DNA from: Phoronis australis
Taxonomy: Eukaryota; Animalia; Phoronida
NCBI GenBank assembly: GCA_002633005.1
Contig: NMRA01000041.1
Span: forward strand, 230,954-294,953
Direction: 5' to 3'
Length of the DNA: 64,000 nucleotides
Shown: one piece after another, positions 24,501-36,397 of the stretch
Position numbering within the stretch: position 1 is the stretch's first letter
Layout of the letters: the number at the start of each line of letters is the position of its first letter
Program-made: the position numbers and the translations under genes
Notes under the pieces: model-generated
Seen by the model: only the letters and a program-made list of their open reading frames with translations
The model's database searches: none
Told to the model about the DNA's origin: nothing

Positions 24501-27500
24501 TGTCTGCCTGCATATCTGTCTGCCTGTGCATGCCTGCCTGTAAGTGTCTGTCTGCCTCGTTGCCTGTCTGTCTGTCTGTACATGCCAGGATTTGTCCATA
24601 ATATGCATCTATCTGTGTGCATACCAGTCTGTCCGTCTCTCATACCTACCTGGAACTTGAAGAACTTCCTGAAGTATTTCTGTTCACCAACATTCGTTGT
24701 ATAGCTTACGGCACAGACCAGACTGCAAGAGAGAGAAACAGAAACAGTTCACAGCGTATCACCTCATTTGTCAAATGCTGCAGACACAGCACCAATTTTT
24801 TCCACATCAACAGCCAGGACATCAAAGTTTCTTTAGGTAGACATTATAGTACAATAATGTAAGTGACAGCCCATCACATGCCAGGCCATAGTCTGAATCG
24901 TGTGCTCATTCACATATGGCAAGCATGGCTATTACTTGTCTTAAAGTTCTTACAAATCTGCTGCTTGTGAACAGTAACTTTTGATTTAGATCATTCATAA
25001 TTAGGCGCAATTGGTACCAAATTATTCCTAACACAGATTAGATGCGATTTGTGATCCTTGGACAGAACTGGCAGTTACTGCTTGAGACATGACAAAATAA
25101 AAGGGTTTGATTCGGCTGAAATTTCTGTGCCATTTTTAGATGATTAACTAGTTTTTGTGTGAAGCGCGTGTGAAACACCTTCAACTTTGTTTCCTTGATT
25201 TGAGATCATTAACAGATCTGAATACAAAATTATAATGTTATCAGTTGTAACTCATAATGATAACAATACCACGTTGACACCCTCACCGGTCGAGATTGGG
25301 CAACTTGACCAGTTTGCGTACCACAGAATCTGCCGCAAAGATCAAAGACACCATGCAGTTGTAGGCAATGGCATCGCCTTACGCTGATGTTCTCTAGATA
25401 ATTAGACCCACTGTGGCGACAATGGTTTTTATAAATTTTCGTTTTGAAAGATTAATAAAATATTTCAATAGTTTGTGAAAAGTACACATGATTAAGTTTT
25501 TGAATTTTGGATATTGGACAAGAAATGTGATTTTTACAACCTAAAATGTTTGTATAATGATGCCATATTATGATCCTCATTAATTCTTGTGGGGTGTGCA
25601 ACACAACTGGGCCAATTAACAAAATCACCAGGCACTGGTTGGATTTTGAGGTAAGTCAAGAGTCATCGCACAACACACACACACACACTCCCTCCCTCCC
25701 TCCCTCCGTCCCTCCGTCCGTCCCTCCCTCCCTCCGTCATTCCGTCCCTCCCTCCCTCCCTCTCTCCCCCTCCCCCAATTATCATAATTCCATTTTTTAG
25801 AAAAAATATATTAAATAAATCACGCTGAACTTAGTTAATTTTTAACTCTTTTTGATAGACGTGCAGTTTCCAAGATAACTTATAAAGTTGAATACTTTTG
25901 ATTCATAGAACTTTCACAAATATATCAAGGGGCACAAATTTCAGTACAATAGCCATGAAACTGAAAGCGAGTGTGAATCATCACCAGACACGTTACGTCA
26001 CAGATTATAATACCATATCTTACCGATAATCACCTCATTATTTATTTACTCTTTAGTAGTTACTTGTGATTCCCGCCAGACGTCACACCATCTTATATCT
26101 CTTTGATATCTAAGTGCACGTGTCCTTAAGTTCCTTGCACATAGTGCTTTTCATGTGCGTTAATGATTTTAATTTTGTCATTGGTACTTAACAAACTTAA
26201 GTTCGAAGATCCAGAATTAATACATTGATATTCGTACGTTTAACTGTAGTCTATGTCTATGATCCTACAGCTGCTCAGTGGATTAAACCCTGACGACGGG
26301 GCTTTATTCTGTCTACAAAAACGCAACAGAATTCAAGCTTGTACATAGCATGTCTAGTCAAAATTTCAACACTGCACGTTCTAACTTGGCTGTACGGAAG
26401 GCAGTGAATGTGTTGCAGTTATACGAGCACGACAAGTGCCCACCACTGACATGGTATGCCTATTTTCACCTGGCCCTGAAGTCTGTGCCATGAAAGCGAC
26501 ATTAAACAGGAATTTGGTCTTACGCTCCAACTTCGCCGAAAAAGGCTTAGGCAAGTAATTATGAACGCATTACAGAACAGACATAATTTGCAGAAATTAC
26601 GTGTCTTAGCATCTAACAGTTACAGGGTGAGTATATCAGAGATTTTGGACTTTTTCTGAAGTGTGAAGCCCTTAACCAAATTTCTGACATAAGGTTACGG
26701 TGGTAAAGATATCTCAAATTTATTAACTGCAGAACATCATGTCTCAAAAATGGCTGAACAAATTCACAAGAAACATTATGTTTTATGCAACGATCTCCAA
26801 AATTCTGTTCAAAAATGTTATTAAAATGTTCCACTTATGCATGAGAGGCTAACGAAAAAAAACTTTTACGATTTTTGTAAAAACATTCAGAAGTTGCATA
26901 AAACAAAAACGAAATAATTTAGAAAATTGTAAAAAGCATTTTTGAGATTCCATCTTGAACTTGGTCTTGTTATTGATACCCGTTGTTCTACTATGTATCT
27001 TTCATTTAAGCTAAATGTTACTAAAAGCACATGGTCATGTGACCCAATCAATGGGAGATTAGCAAAAAGTCAACATCCAAACTACACAGTCACTTTACTT
27101 ACAGACTTCTAGATATTTGACTTAATACACAAACATGTAAACAACAGGCCACACAACTGTAAGTCACATTTCATGTAACCTACCACAAGTAAGACCGTAT
27201 TCTAATTCTTACAAATGTACAAAAGCGCATTAGCATTCACGAGGATTTGCAGGGATAGTCTGATTACTGGACTCATCATTGTATTGCGGTATAAATATTG
27301 AATTATGTTTGTCACGAAACTCAGACGCTGCTGCCATGACACAAAACAGTGAACGAGCATGTAGCAGATATATTTCAGAGTCAATTTTTTGCTACCTACA
27401 AATTTTTCCCATTACAAGAACAAACAAGTTTCGAAACATAAAAGTTACTCCTGTCCCCAGTTTCTACAGCGGCATTATTGCCGAGATCCCCAAAAAATTG

Positions 27501-30033
27501 ATGGATCCCCAAGTAGCACAAAGTAGTGCAAGTGTCATTCTACAGAAAGGTGTTATCAGCAGCCAGCAGGTTAAACAGAGCTCAGCAAACTCGGAACCTC
27601 ACATGTGTGTTCCAAGTTCTTTCACTTCATGGTGGATGATGTCATCGATACTCTTTTCGGGTTCCAGTATGTCCACGGGCTCGCTGTGATTGGTGGATAA
27701 AGACAGGCGCTGCGAACTCGTTTGTAGATCAGCCTGAATACAGAAATATGTGTCGAAGAGAAACAAAGGGAATTTCTATCAAGCTACACAGTACATGACA
27801 AAAGTAATCAAGGAAAAATACCGTTTTCACATCATGAAGGCTAATCCTGTTAAGAGCAAAAATTACTAGTACTAATTATTTGGGCGGCAAAATTCTAATT
27901 ACAGAATGGATTGCTAACTTTCCTGGATCTCAATTCCCTTTCATTGCCATTCTAAGGGAAGACTACTTTAACCATGAATTCCGCTTATGCCCAGACATTA
28001 TGATGAGGAATTCCAGGTTACCATAGTTTGTCTGAATACATTTGGCTTGAAGTGTAGGCTGAATATATATTCTGGTGGGGTTTTCCTCTTTTCAAAGTCA
28101 CAGCGCTATTACTAGTGCCGAGTATTTATTTATTGTTAATTTCAAAGTGAGAAAGAAACATATGGCCAAATTAGTAAGTGACGCTAAAAAGCAAATGAAA
28201 GTCGGGGTACGTTAAAGTTGCTGCAAATTCAAAGTAAAACAAATTAACAGCAATGGTAAATCCATAATTTGTCAAAGGTTTCTTACCTCGAAAAATGTTC
28301 AGAATTTCACCTTATGTTGTTTGATAACAACGATATAAGCTAATTGGGCTATCATGAACTAAATTCTTCCCTACTTATTTTTTGTTGAAAACACGTTTAA
28401 AAAACATTTTGTTTGAAAGCTTGATACAGAGTCTCTCGTAGTGTCGAAAAACTCTCCTTTCTTCAGGTGTGCAGCTATGTAGCAAAACACCGAAGAACAT
28501 AACAAACAAACAAACAAATTAAAACATTAGCTATTTCAAGACTGCAAGTCTCATCATACTTATTTTTGTCAAGAAAACTTCACAAATGTAATTTAAAAGA
28601 AAAAATATATTAACGCCAATTCGTCAAGTTCTAATCTTAGATCGACTCGGAGCTTTGCACACATTGCAATTTTTCTATATTACAGCTACTTTTTTAACTA
28701 AAAAACATGTTTTTGTTAAGAAAAAAAATAAAATAAGATGTTTCTTAAAACAGAAAATGCTGACATGAACACCAATGTTTTCACTGGAGAGACTGTACCT
28801 TAATAGTGATGTCTGTGCACACCAAATCACTATCGTTATGAACACTGATATAGCTTGAGAACGTCTCGCCTAAGAAAATATTCCTGTAATGAAACACCTC
28901 TGATAATAACCACATACTTGACAAAAGAACCCTTCACAGACTTGACAGATGCATTTGAAAAGACTTATGAAATGGAAAAGAATTTCAAAAACTCAAATTA
29001 CCTTTGACAGTAGTTGACCATATTGACTTGAGCGCCACCTTTGAATAAATTGATTAAATAGCAAAAAAATCTCGAAGCCTCAAATAACATTCAAAAAATA
29101 TTTGAAATAATTTATTATTGACAGGACTCGTATAAACAGTGAAGGCACCATTAAAACATAAGGCAAGGCAGAGTAATGACTTAGACAAACTATCTCTCTC
29201 AAAAGTGCTTTGAACAACTTATGACATTGATTTGACAGGTGCATTTGACAACAATGAACAACTTCAACACATAAAACAACACAAAATTCAAACTTAAAGT
29301 CACATTTTTCCTAAACAGGTCTCCTGTCTGAGCTGCCTCCTATCAGTATGGCTAGTAGACGGAGGGCATCCTCATGACCCTCTGTGTGATTCCATTTGGC
29401 CCCGAACAAGTTGACTGTGATGAAATTCAGTCTCAAATTTCATTGATGAAACGAAGGGCCATGTAAAAAATGCTGCCTCCAAAGGTGTCCATCTACACTC
29501 AAAAGGCACGCATAGTCCTATGCCCTTGATAGTTAAGCCAAGCTTAAGCGCAATTTGCTGAAAATCTTCCGGAATACAGGATTGATTAGGATGTGCCACT
29601 GTCTACATTTCACCCTGTTTAGCTGGCTAAAAACAGAAATTCAATTGAAACGGGTCTCATAATATTACCAACCTCTATAACCTCAGAGGCATTATCTTGA
29701 GTGGCCGATAATAAAGATCTTCTCTTTGGTAACGGAAATAGAATCCTATCGTGACAAGGAACATTACGAGACCTACTTTATGAGAGTAAGAAAATAATTT
29801 ATTGCCTCGAACTGAAACCTAGCAATTTTTATGAAGCACAGAAACTAGAAAAAGACGTACATACCCAAAATTTTGTGGAAGAGTCAAGAGCTGTCCACTA
29901 CCAAAGCTGGGCAGGTGTTTATCTGTGGGTAGGTCATTGATATTGAGCTCCGCAAATGTAGTCCCAGGCAGGTCCCTGGAGTCACAGATCAGAGGCTGGC
30001 TAGAGGTGAGCGTAGGTTTAGTCAGTCTCATCA
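15578..30033 (-). CDS. TRAPPC13: Trafficking protein particle complex subunit 13 (5'-partial; first coding exon not found)
   Basis: Minus-strand GT-AG exons: 30033-29865, 28883-28799, 27733-27603, 24722-24650, 23181-23137, 20559-20551 (microexon), 18775-18642, 17863-17662, 17027-16927, 16398-16242, 15676-15578 (TGA), all phases consistent. Peptides [120 protein letters not shown] and [17 protein letters not shown] match recalled human TRAPPC13. Confidence 0.97.
16109..16264. repeat. Two-copy tandem duplication (77 + 79 bp) spanning a TRAPPC13 exon/intron boundary
   Basis: 16109-16185 and 16186-16264 are near identical; both contain CCTGGTTTACAG|gtgagc on the minus strand. Confidence 0.9.
17960..18140 (+). 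repeat. Dispersed repeat family, with related copies at ~29605-29800 (same strand) and ~41850-42030 (opposite strand)
   Basis: Shared blocks gctggctaaaaaca...aacgggtct and aacggaa.tagaat.ctatc; boundaries approximate. Confidence 0.55.
20551..20559 (-). CDS. TRAPPC13: 9-nt TRAPPC13 microexon (Asp-Tyr-Leu)
   Basis: ccacccgtag|GATTATCTA|gtaagt, phase 0-0, in the intron between FYNAE and NDDVFLE. Confidence 0.7.
21030..21925 (-). repeat. ~400-bp dispersed repeat interrupted by a MITE; inverted relative to the copy at 25267-25668
   Basis: 21030-21179 plus 21648-21925 align collinearly with the reverse complement of 25267-25668. Confidence 0.8.
21180..21641. mobile_element. Non-autonomous hAT-like DNA transposon (462 bp) with 13-bp TIRs and 6-bp TSD
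   Basis: TIRs CAGGGCTTGGAAT / ATTCCAAGCCTTG (1 mismatch); flanking duplication tattcc (21174-21179, 21642-21647); subterminal gcggaaa repeats. Confidence 0.8.
22706..22830 (+). mobile_element. tRNA-derived SINE-like element (head region)
   Basis: A-box-like tggctcagtgg and B-box-like ggtttgagccc at tRNA spacing, followed by aaatcttatcagactta...taggtca shared with the copies at ~8190-8277 and ~41386-41485. Confidence 0.65.
24310..24640. repeat. Degenerate (CTGT/CTGC)n microsatellite
   Basis: Low-complexity tetranucleotide tract that explains the overlapping ORFs at 24252-24704. Confidence 0.9.
25267..25668 (+). repeat. Uninterrupted copy of the ~400-bp dispersed repeat
   Basis: Reverse-complement match to 21030-21925 without the MITE. 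Confidence 0.8.
25669..25776. repeat. (CA)n + (CCCT/CCGT)n microsatellite
   Basis: Directly visible simple repeats. Confidence 0.9.
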
Positions 30034-30949
30034 CTGCAAAAAAGAAAGAGACCATGTTCAGTTTTTGTCATACATGTCCACGAAAATTAAAGGACGCAAA
30101 GTGAATATTTGATTGCAAGTCAGGAACACTCAGCACACACGCACAAACGCACGCACACACACACACACATCACATCGTCTATTTTTAATATGCACACAAA
30201 TCTGAAATAATTGTCATAATCTTTCATTTAAACCAGCACAAAAATCGGCATGACTCGAGATTAGTACATAAAACTGGACTGATTAAAATATTGAAAACAA
30301 TTGAGTCTTCAGGCAGATCGTGTGAGGGGCATTTCATCAGCCGGATGACCAGTAAGCATTGCCTCTACTTTCCAACAGAATGTCAGGTAATGCATAAATG
30401 TCTGGCTCTTACACTTCAAACTAAGACTGTATGATGGCATGGTGTCAAGTTCCTCTTTGCCAAAATGCAGCTACTGGTTTAACTATGCAGAATACAAAAC
30501 CAAATGGAGCTTAATCAGATTAGTAGACACAGGAGCACATCAGACATGAATAAAAAGTTTTTTTTTTTGAAGTCTACTTTACTCCTGGGACCTTTAGGCC
30601 AACATAAAACATGTCTACATACAATGCCCTACAGGGTTTATTTAACTACTCATTCATACTTCTGGGTTAATTACATGAGAGTTGTATGTTATGTTACGAC
30701 AAGTAATCACTTATTTTGCACAGAACTATTTTTAAAAACTGTCGTTTTTGTTTTCAAAGGCTGAAAACGTTTATCAAATATTGAACAAATCAGGCTAATA
30801 ATAGAACAAAATTTTTGCTGAGAAATTTTACAAAATAGTACTTCACGTATCCACCTACGATGTTAATTTAAACAGTTTGCACCTCTAGACAATGCTTTGA
30901 GAAGATATTAATATAATTTGTCACTAATTTAGAACACAATATGTCATGG

Positions 30950-31200
30950 AAAAATCAAGATTAAACAAACCAATTTATCACTGACATGGGTTATATTGTA
31001 TAGATGTCACAAAGCAACATTTGGAAATGTTCCAATTTTTTGAAGCAAGGTAATCAGCTTTTGAAAAATGGAAAAATGTTAAATTTGACATTTTTTATGC
31101 GAAATAAGTGAAGACCTATCATCAACAAACTTATCCAGCAGATTAGTATGAGGCTTATAACAAATCAGAATGTTTGGATTTCCACTACAGACTATTCCAA
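30950..31200 (+). repeat. Dispersed repeat with a related copy at ~60060-60370
   Basis: Shared tagatgtcacaaa.caacatttg...gaagca...aaaaatggaaaa and agactattc blocks; boundaries approximate. Confidence 0.55.
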
Positions 31201-34200
31201 GGCACCAAGAGAATGTATAGTACAGTAATAACACAGACGCGTGCGTTATTATACTGCCAGATAACACGATATTTGTGTTCAGCAATGTGTAGTCTCTGGA
31301 AATCTTTTGTTATGTCCAAAAACCAATAAGAAAAATAAAAGATTTTACGAGCATACAATACCAACCTAATACCAAAAATGAGTACCAAAAGTGAGACAAA
31401 ATGTCCCTCTACAAGTTTTGAATAGCTTCAACTATGACGACAAATAGCAAATAAATAGTTTAATTCATGGGTCGAGAAAAAAACAAGAAAAATGACCCAA
31501 TGAAAACAGGAACACTACACAGAAAATATTCACCTGACCCAAGGTGAGTTTGGCTTGAAACCTGATAGCGGGAATCACAATAAAATAAACGCCGTTTAAT
31601 TAACAGCATTTACAACACTTTACACAAGAGTGTTACTGCTGGTTTCTTCAGATTTCTTCATTTAGAATGGCCGTTATCACAGACTTGACTAAATGAGGTA
31701 TGCCATAATTATGTAGGCATAAGCACATGTATTGTGGCCCAATCAGTATATTACATGATGTCAGTTTTGAGTAAAAACATGATGTGAGTTAGTCTCCCAT
31801 TTCAAAATGCCATGCCAATGAAGTCAGACACATTGACAACATCTCAAGTTAATAAAAAAATAATATTTTGTCAAAGGTCGGCAACACTGAATACAATAAC
31901 TTAGGAAGAGAACAGTTTGAGAGTGCAAACCAAGGCCTTCGATACCCTGATTTTTTAGCCAAATATCGATCAACCCTGGAAATCATCTTCGGGCTAACTC
32001 ACCCCTGACCAAACTCCTTCTCAAAACGGCCGCGTCAGTCTTAATGAAATTGGCACATGTAAAGGGCGAAAATTGGCAACAAGGCGAAAAACGTGCTTCA
32101 AATGTGACATCATCAGGTTAATACACTCAGTGTAACAAGTGTATCTCAACATTTACTCGCTTCCTGCTCAGTTTTAACAAACTGTCATTTCTGAGGCAAG
32201 GAATCACACCTATCTTGACTTTAAGGAACAATTTGAGTAGTATTTCATAATAGGTGGTTTAAATCAAAAGTTGTCCTTATCACGGAAGGCAAGCTTATCG
32301 CTATGAAGCTAGCTTTTAGAATGAAGTTCCTTTAAGGACATTACCTTCCAAGGTGAGAAATTCAAAACTAACATTTACTCCTTAAGTACTAAAAATATAA
32401 TGTCCAATTTTGGAGAATAAATTCAACAAGTAACGCAGAACAATAACAAATACATAGCCAATTAAATTTCACTTTTACGAAAACTAATGTGAAGCAATCA
32501 TGTCTTCACTACAAACCACTCAGACTTAGTTTTTAATAGGGATCCAGCCTTATAATCACAAACTAGAAATGTCAAGCTCATAGCCTATCCCCCCTCAGAG
32601 GTGTTATATGGACTGTTCCATATTTTGCTTTTCCACATGTAAAGACAGAAAAACAAGCAGAGATATCATGGAGGTTTAGCTACAACGACCTACGCCAGGT
32701 GATTACAGGTGATTGTCAGGTAAAAGAAAAGATACAGGACTGGTGGTTTTGACACTATGAGGAGAACACTTGATCACACATTTATGTAATAGGATCTCAA
32801 AGCAGGAAAGTGAGCACGCAGTTGTGTTAGATATGAAATGCACCCAATTTCCATCATTTCTTAGTCCGACGTCATGAAATGCTGGGTAATACTATGGAAT
32901 TACTGGTACAAGTAAGTAAACACGAATTCTCTTTCAGAAAGTTTTGCTGCAGCTTTCTTGAGGCAGCACCCACTGTAGCACAAGATATCAAGAAAGAACG
33001 CATTGCTTATTATTGTGAATTTAACAAGGAGATTGCGCCCAATCACATTCCAATAAATTGGTTAAAAAATTATGTTGCCTACAAAGCTCCATCTTTGGTA
33101 ATGCAAGAGACCTTTTACAGTGACTCTGTGGTTCCTTCACTAATTTCCTGCGGTAATAAACCCCACATTCTGATGAAGAAACTACATTTTGATTTCGTAC
33201 ACTTGCCGTTGTAAAATTGGTCTCAACCTCAAAGTGACTTTTGGTTTTGTAAACAACTGATAGTTATTTCCTGAGAGCATGCTGGGTAAATAAAATGACA
33301 CGCTATGACACGACAACTCATAAGCATAGAGACTGAGTCTCTTAACGACCTGTGAGTTCCATCCAATCCCCGACACCCCACCACCCATGCCAAATAACAT
33401 TGTGTGCAAGTATTGTTTAACTTACGAAATCCATGCGATGGGCGTTAGCTCATCGCATGTATATCACCCATCAGTCGTATCATTGTTTTCCTTTGTTGCG
33501 TCATTGTTGGATGTAAGAACACAGACCACATGGATATAGTACCTTGGGTGTACATCAGCCTGTTACTGATAAATGCTTGCCATTATATTTATTACAAAAA
33601 AGAAAAACAATGGATATGCCTACCTACTGATCTCTATGCCAGAAGCCTGTGCCGTAACTAAATAACAATTTGAGACCAATTTTATAATGGTAAGCGGTTT
33701 AAATCAAAAATTGTTTTGTGATGATAGGTCGTTTACAGTGCTTTAAGCCTTTTGCTGTAAGCTATTTGGCAGGTGCTTAAAGGATACAAAACCCAGTTTT
33801 GGCTTATTAATAGATATAAAAAATGACTTTTGTATTCAATTCTCTGAAACAAATTAATGGTCTGTTGTCGAGGCTTGATGACCCTCAAACGATGGCTGAT
33901 GAACTGCCTACTGCTGTCAATCAATTCAGATCTCAAGAGAGACCTTTTTTCATGTGTAGCACTCTCACCTAGTGAATAAAGAGCCCACCGTTTCACAGAG
34001 AGTGGTCATACCATTTCAAGTTGTGTTGCATTGTGGCTATAACTTTTCAAACCGATTTACAAGTTATAACTCTCGGTGTGAACACTTTAAAACCAGTTTT
34101 AAAAGTTATAACTGTAGCGCTGTTATAACCCTTTGAGAGGGTTACGTTTCGTAAGAGATATAAACGTTGTCACTCCTGTAACTTTGTGTGAACATGGCAG

Positions 34201-34744
34201 TTACATGAATTATAACTCAGTAGGTGGCGCTGCTATCAAAACTTGTAGAAACAATGACGCACCGAGGAACCAACTGGGGTGAGTGAGAAAGCACTGACAA
34301 TTAGCGACTAAAACCATGAACTAGGGTTACAAACAGTTTTAACTTCTGGTGTGACTGGTAACCATTACGGAACATAACAATTACGAATAACGAAAGCGTT
34401 ACAACTAGGTTTAGTTGGTCTGAATTCAGCTTAAGTACAATTATATCGATCACGCGACACATGAAGTATTTTCTGATTACCCCCAGTGGCATGAAAACAG
34501 CCTTCAGTTTTGACTAAAGTAATTAAACTTTTACGGTCAAATGTCAAATCTGTCTTAAGTTAGTATCGTAGAATCTAATTCATCCGACACGAAACCTGCA
34601 AAGCATCGGTCAGTGATTATTCGATCTCAGTGAAATAATTTTATATTTCAGGCGAAAATTTAAATGGATGGCATCAAAAATAACCACACCAGTACAAACA
34701 ACAGGAAGTAGGCAATAAAAGCATTTCCTCAATGTAAGCCTTAA

Positions 34745-36397
34745 AGGAGCATGCCACCCAAAAAACAACCTAATTTGTATCAATTTAGATCGAGTAGTTC
34801 TACTCCATAACGACACGTACGGTTGCGTTACCTGACACCTGACGGCAGACGGAGGTGTTGAAATTATCCAATGATGTCATCGGTTTCACACGCAGTCTGT
34901 TCAACATTTCACAACACGGGTTACTGGTATCAACTTATCGCTTGAAGTTATCGTTTAACATAAAAAATCATCAAACTTCGATATAAATCTCTTAAAAATA
35001 CACCGAGTTCTTATAAAAACGTGTTGTTTTATTTCGCTCTTACGGATTTATTGGTATTTGGACACACCGTAGCCTACAAAGTTCGGCAGGCCAATAACGT
35101 CCTTAGCAGGAGTTTGGGGTCTGTTCGGAGATAATTTCAAAGTATTTTCCGTGAGCTACAGACAGGAGAACCTATATTTGTGTTGTTTAGACTTGTGATT
35201 TTTTGAGTTCTAAACACAAAACGCTTGTTTTCCTGAGTGGCCAGTAGCTCGGCCGGAGCCCGATCAGCGGGCCCGCCTGGCGTCGCGGCCGGCCGGATCC
35301 CGGCCAGTGGCTCGGAAACTGATCAGACATCACGAACATAAACCAGCCAAAGTTCAGTGGAAACTAAACTTCCAGTCAAGAAAATGCTATGCTAGTGATC
35401 CAAAGTAATGTGCACGTGATTATGTTGATGAATTATAGCCACGAAACTGCAAATCTACTTACTCATCAAGGGCCGCGAATTCAGGTTCCGCTTTGGCCAC
35501 AGCACCGTCAGGGCAGAAGTTGTACATTGACAATCATTATTTGAGTAATGTAAATGTAAATAAAGATTCCCGTAACACCTGGCCGTGGGATGGAAATCGG
35601 GTTGTCTCACAACAGTTTCTGCCAGCAAGTACTAAATTAGCATGAGCTCACACGGTCTCGGTGTCCCGTCAATTAGTTTTATTGCACCTAAAGCCGGTAA
35701 CACAGTGATTTATTCATTGCACTCACGAACACTCCAAAGGCATTACAAATTGCATCTAGTGAGACAGACTTTGTTTCAGTTTTACATAAGTATTGGTTAG
35801 GATAAGAATAATTCATTTTGAAACAGAACGCTCAGTAATAAACACCAACATGGCAGCTCGCAATTCCTACTAAGGACGAGCTAGAGCTCATCAGTTTCGA
35901 CTTCGCAGGTGGATCGTTAACTTTTACAGGCTATCTATTCGAACAGGAATACAGTGATGAAGAAATACTAGAGAGGTGCCGTGAACAAGCTCAGACAACG
36001 GAACGTATGGAGTTATTTGGTAAGCCGGCACTGTCGACGTCTGCAGGCCACAAACACGGAGATGTTTCACGGAATCATAGTTGCTATACAGCGTACATTT
36101 CATTCTTCACTACCATGAGCCACTTCCTAAGCATTTCGGACTCTCGAGGAAGTAAAAAATACGATATACCCGCTTTCCTCGCAGCTGCTTAGTTCGGACA
36201 GGCGGGAACGATGCACCGCAACATTGCGGCCTTCACTCTGCATATGAACCAGTGACGTCGCTACCGTCGTTTCTCACCTTCCTCACTGGTTAACGCGACA
36301 CCTCTTGGCAAGGTGAGGTCAACCGTATGCGAGGCGATGTGGATATAGACCGATTAAGACGGCGAAAAAGACTAATTAAATCGGGTGGCATTCTCCT
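34745..36397. mobile_element. Kolobok-like DNA transposon, internally deleted (1653 bp)
   Basis: TTAA at 34741-34744 and 36398-36401; TIRs AGGAGCATGCCACCC / GGGTGGCATTCTCCT (14/15). Decayed THAP-like fragments on - (NHCVTGFRCNKTN, RQPDFHPTAR, PDGAV; ~35470-35710) lie head-to-head with a KolX-like acidic fragment on + (GYLFEQEYSDEEILER, ~35929-35976). Confidence 0.75.

Noticed and set aside
24252-24704. Four overlapping ORFs of 68-128 aa
   Set aside because: Translations of a CTGT/CTGC microsatellite.
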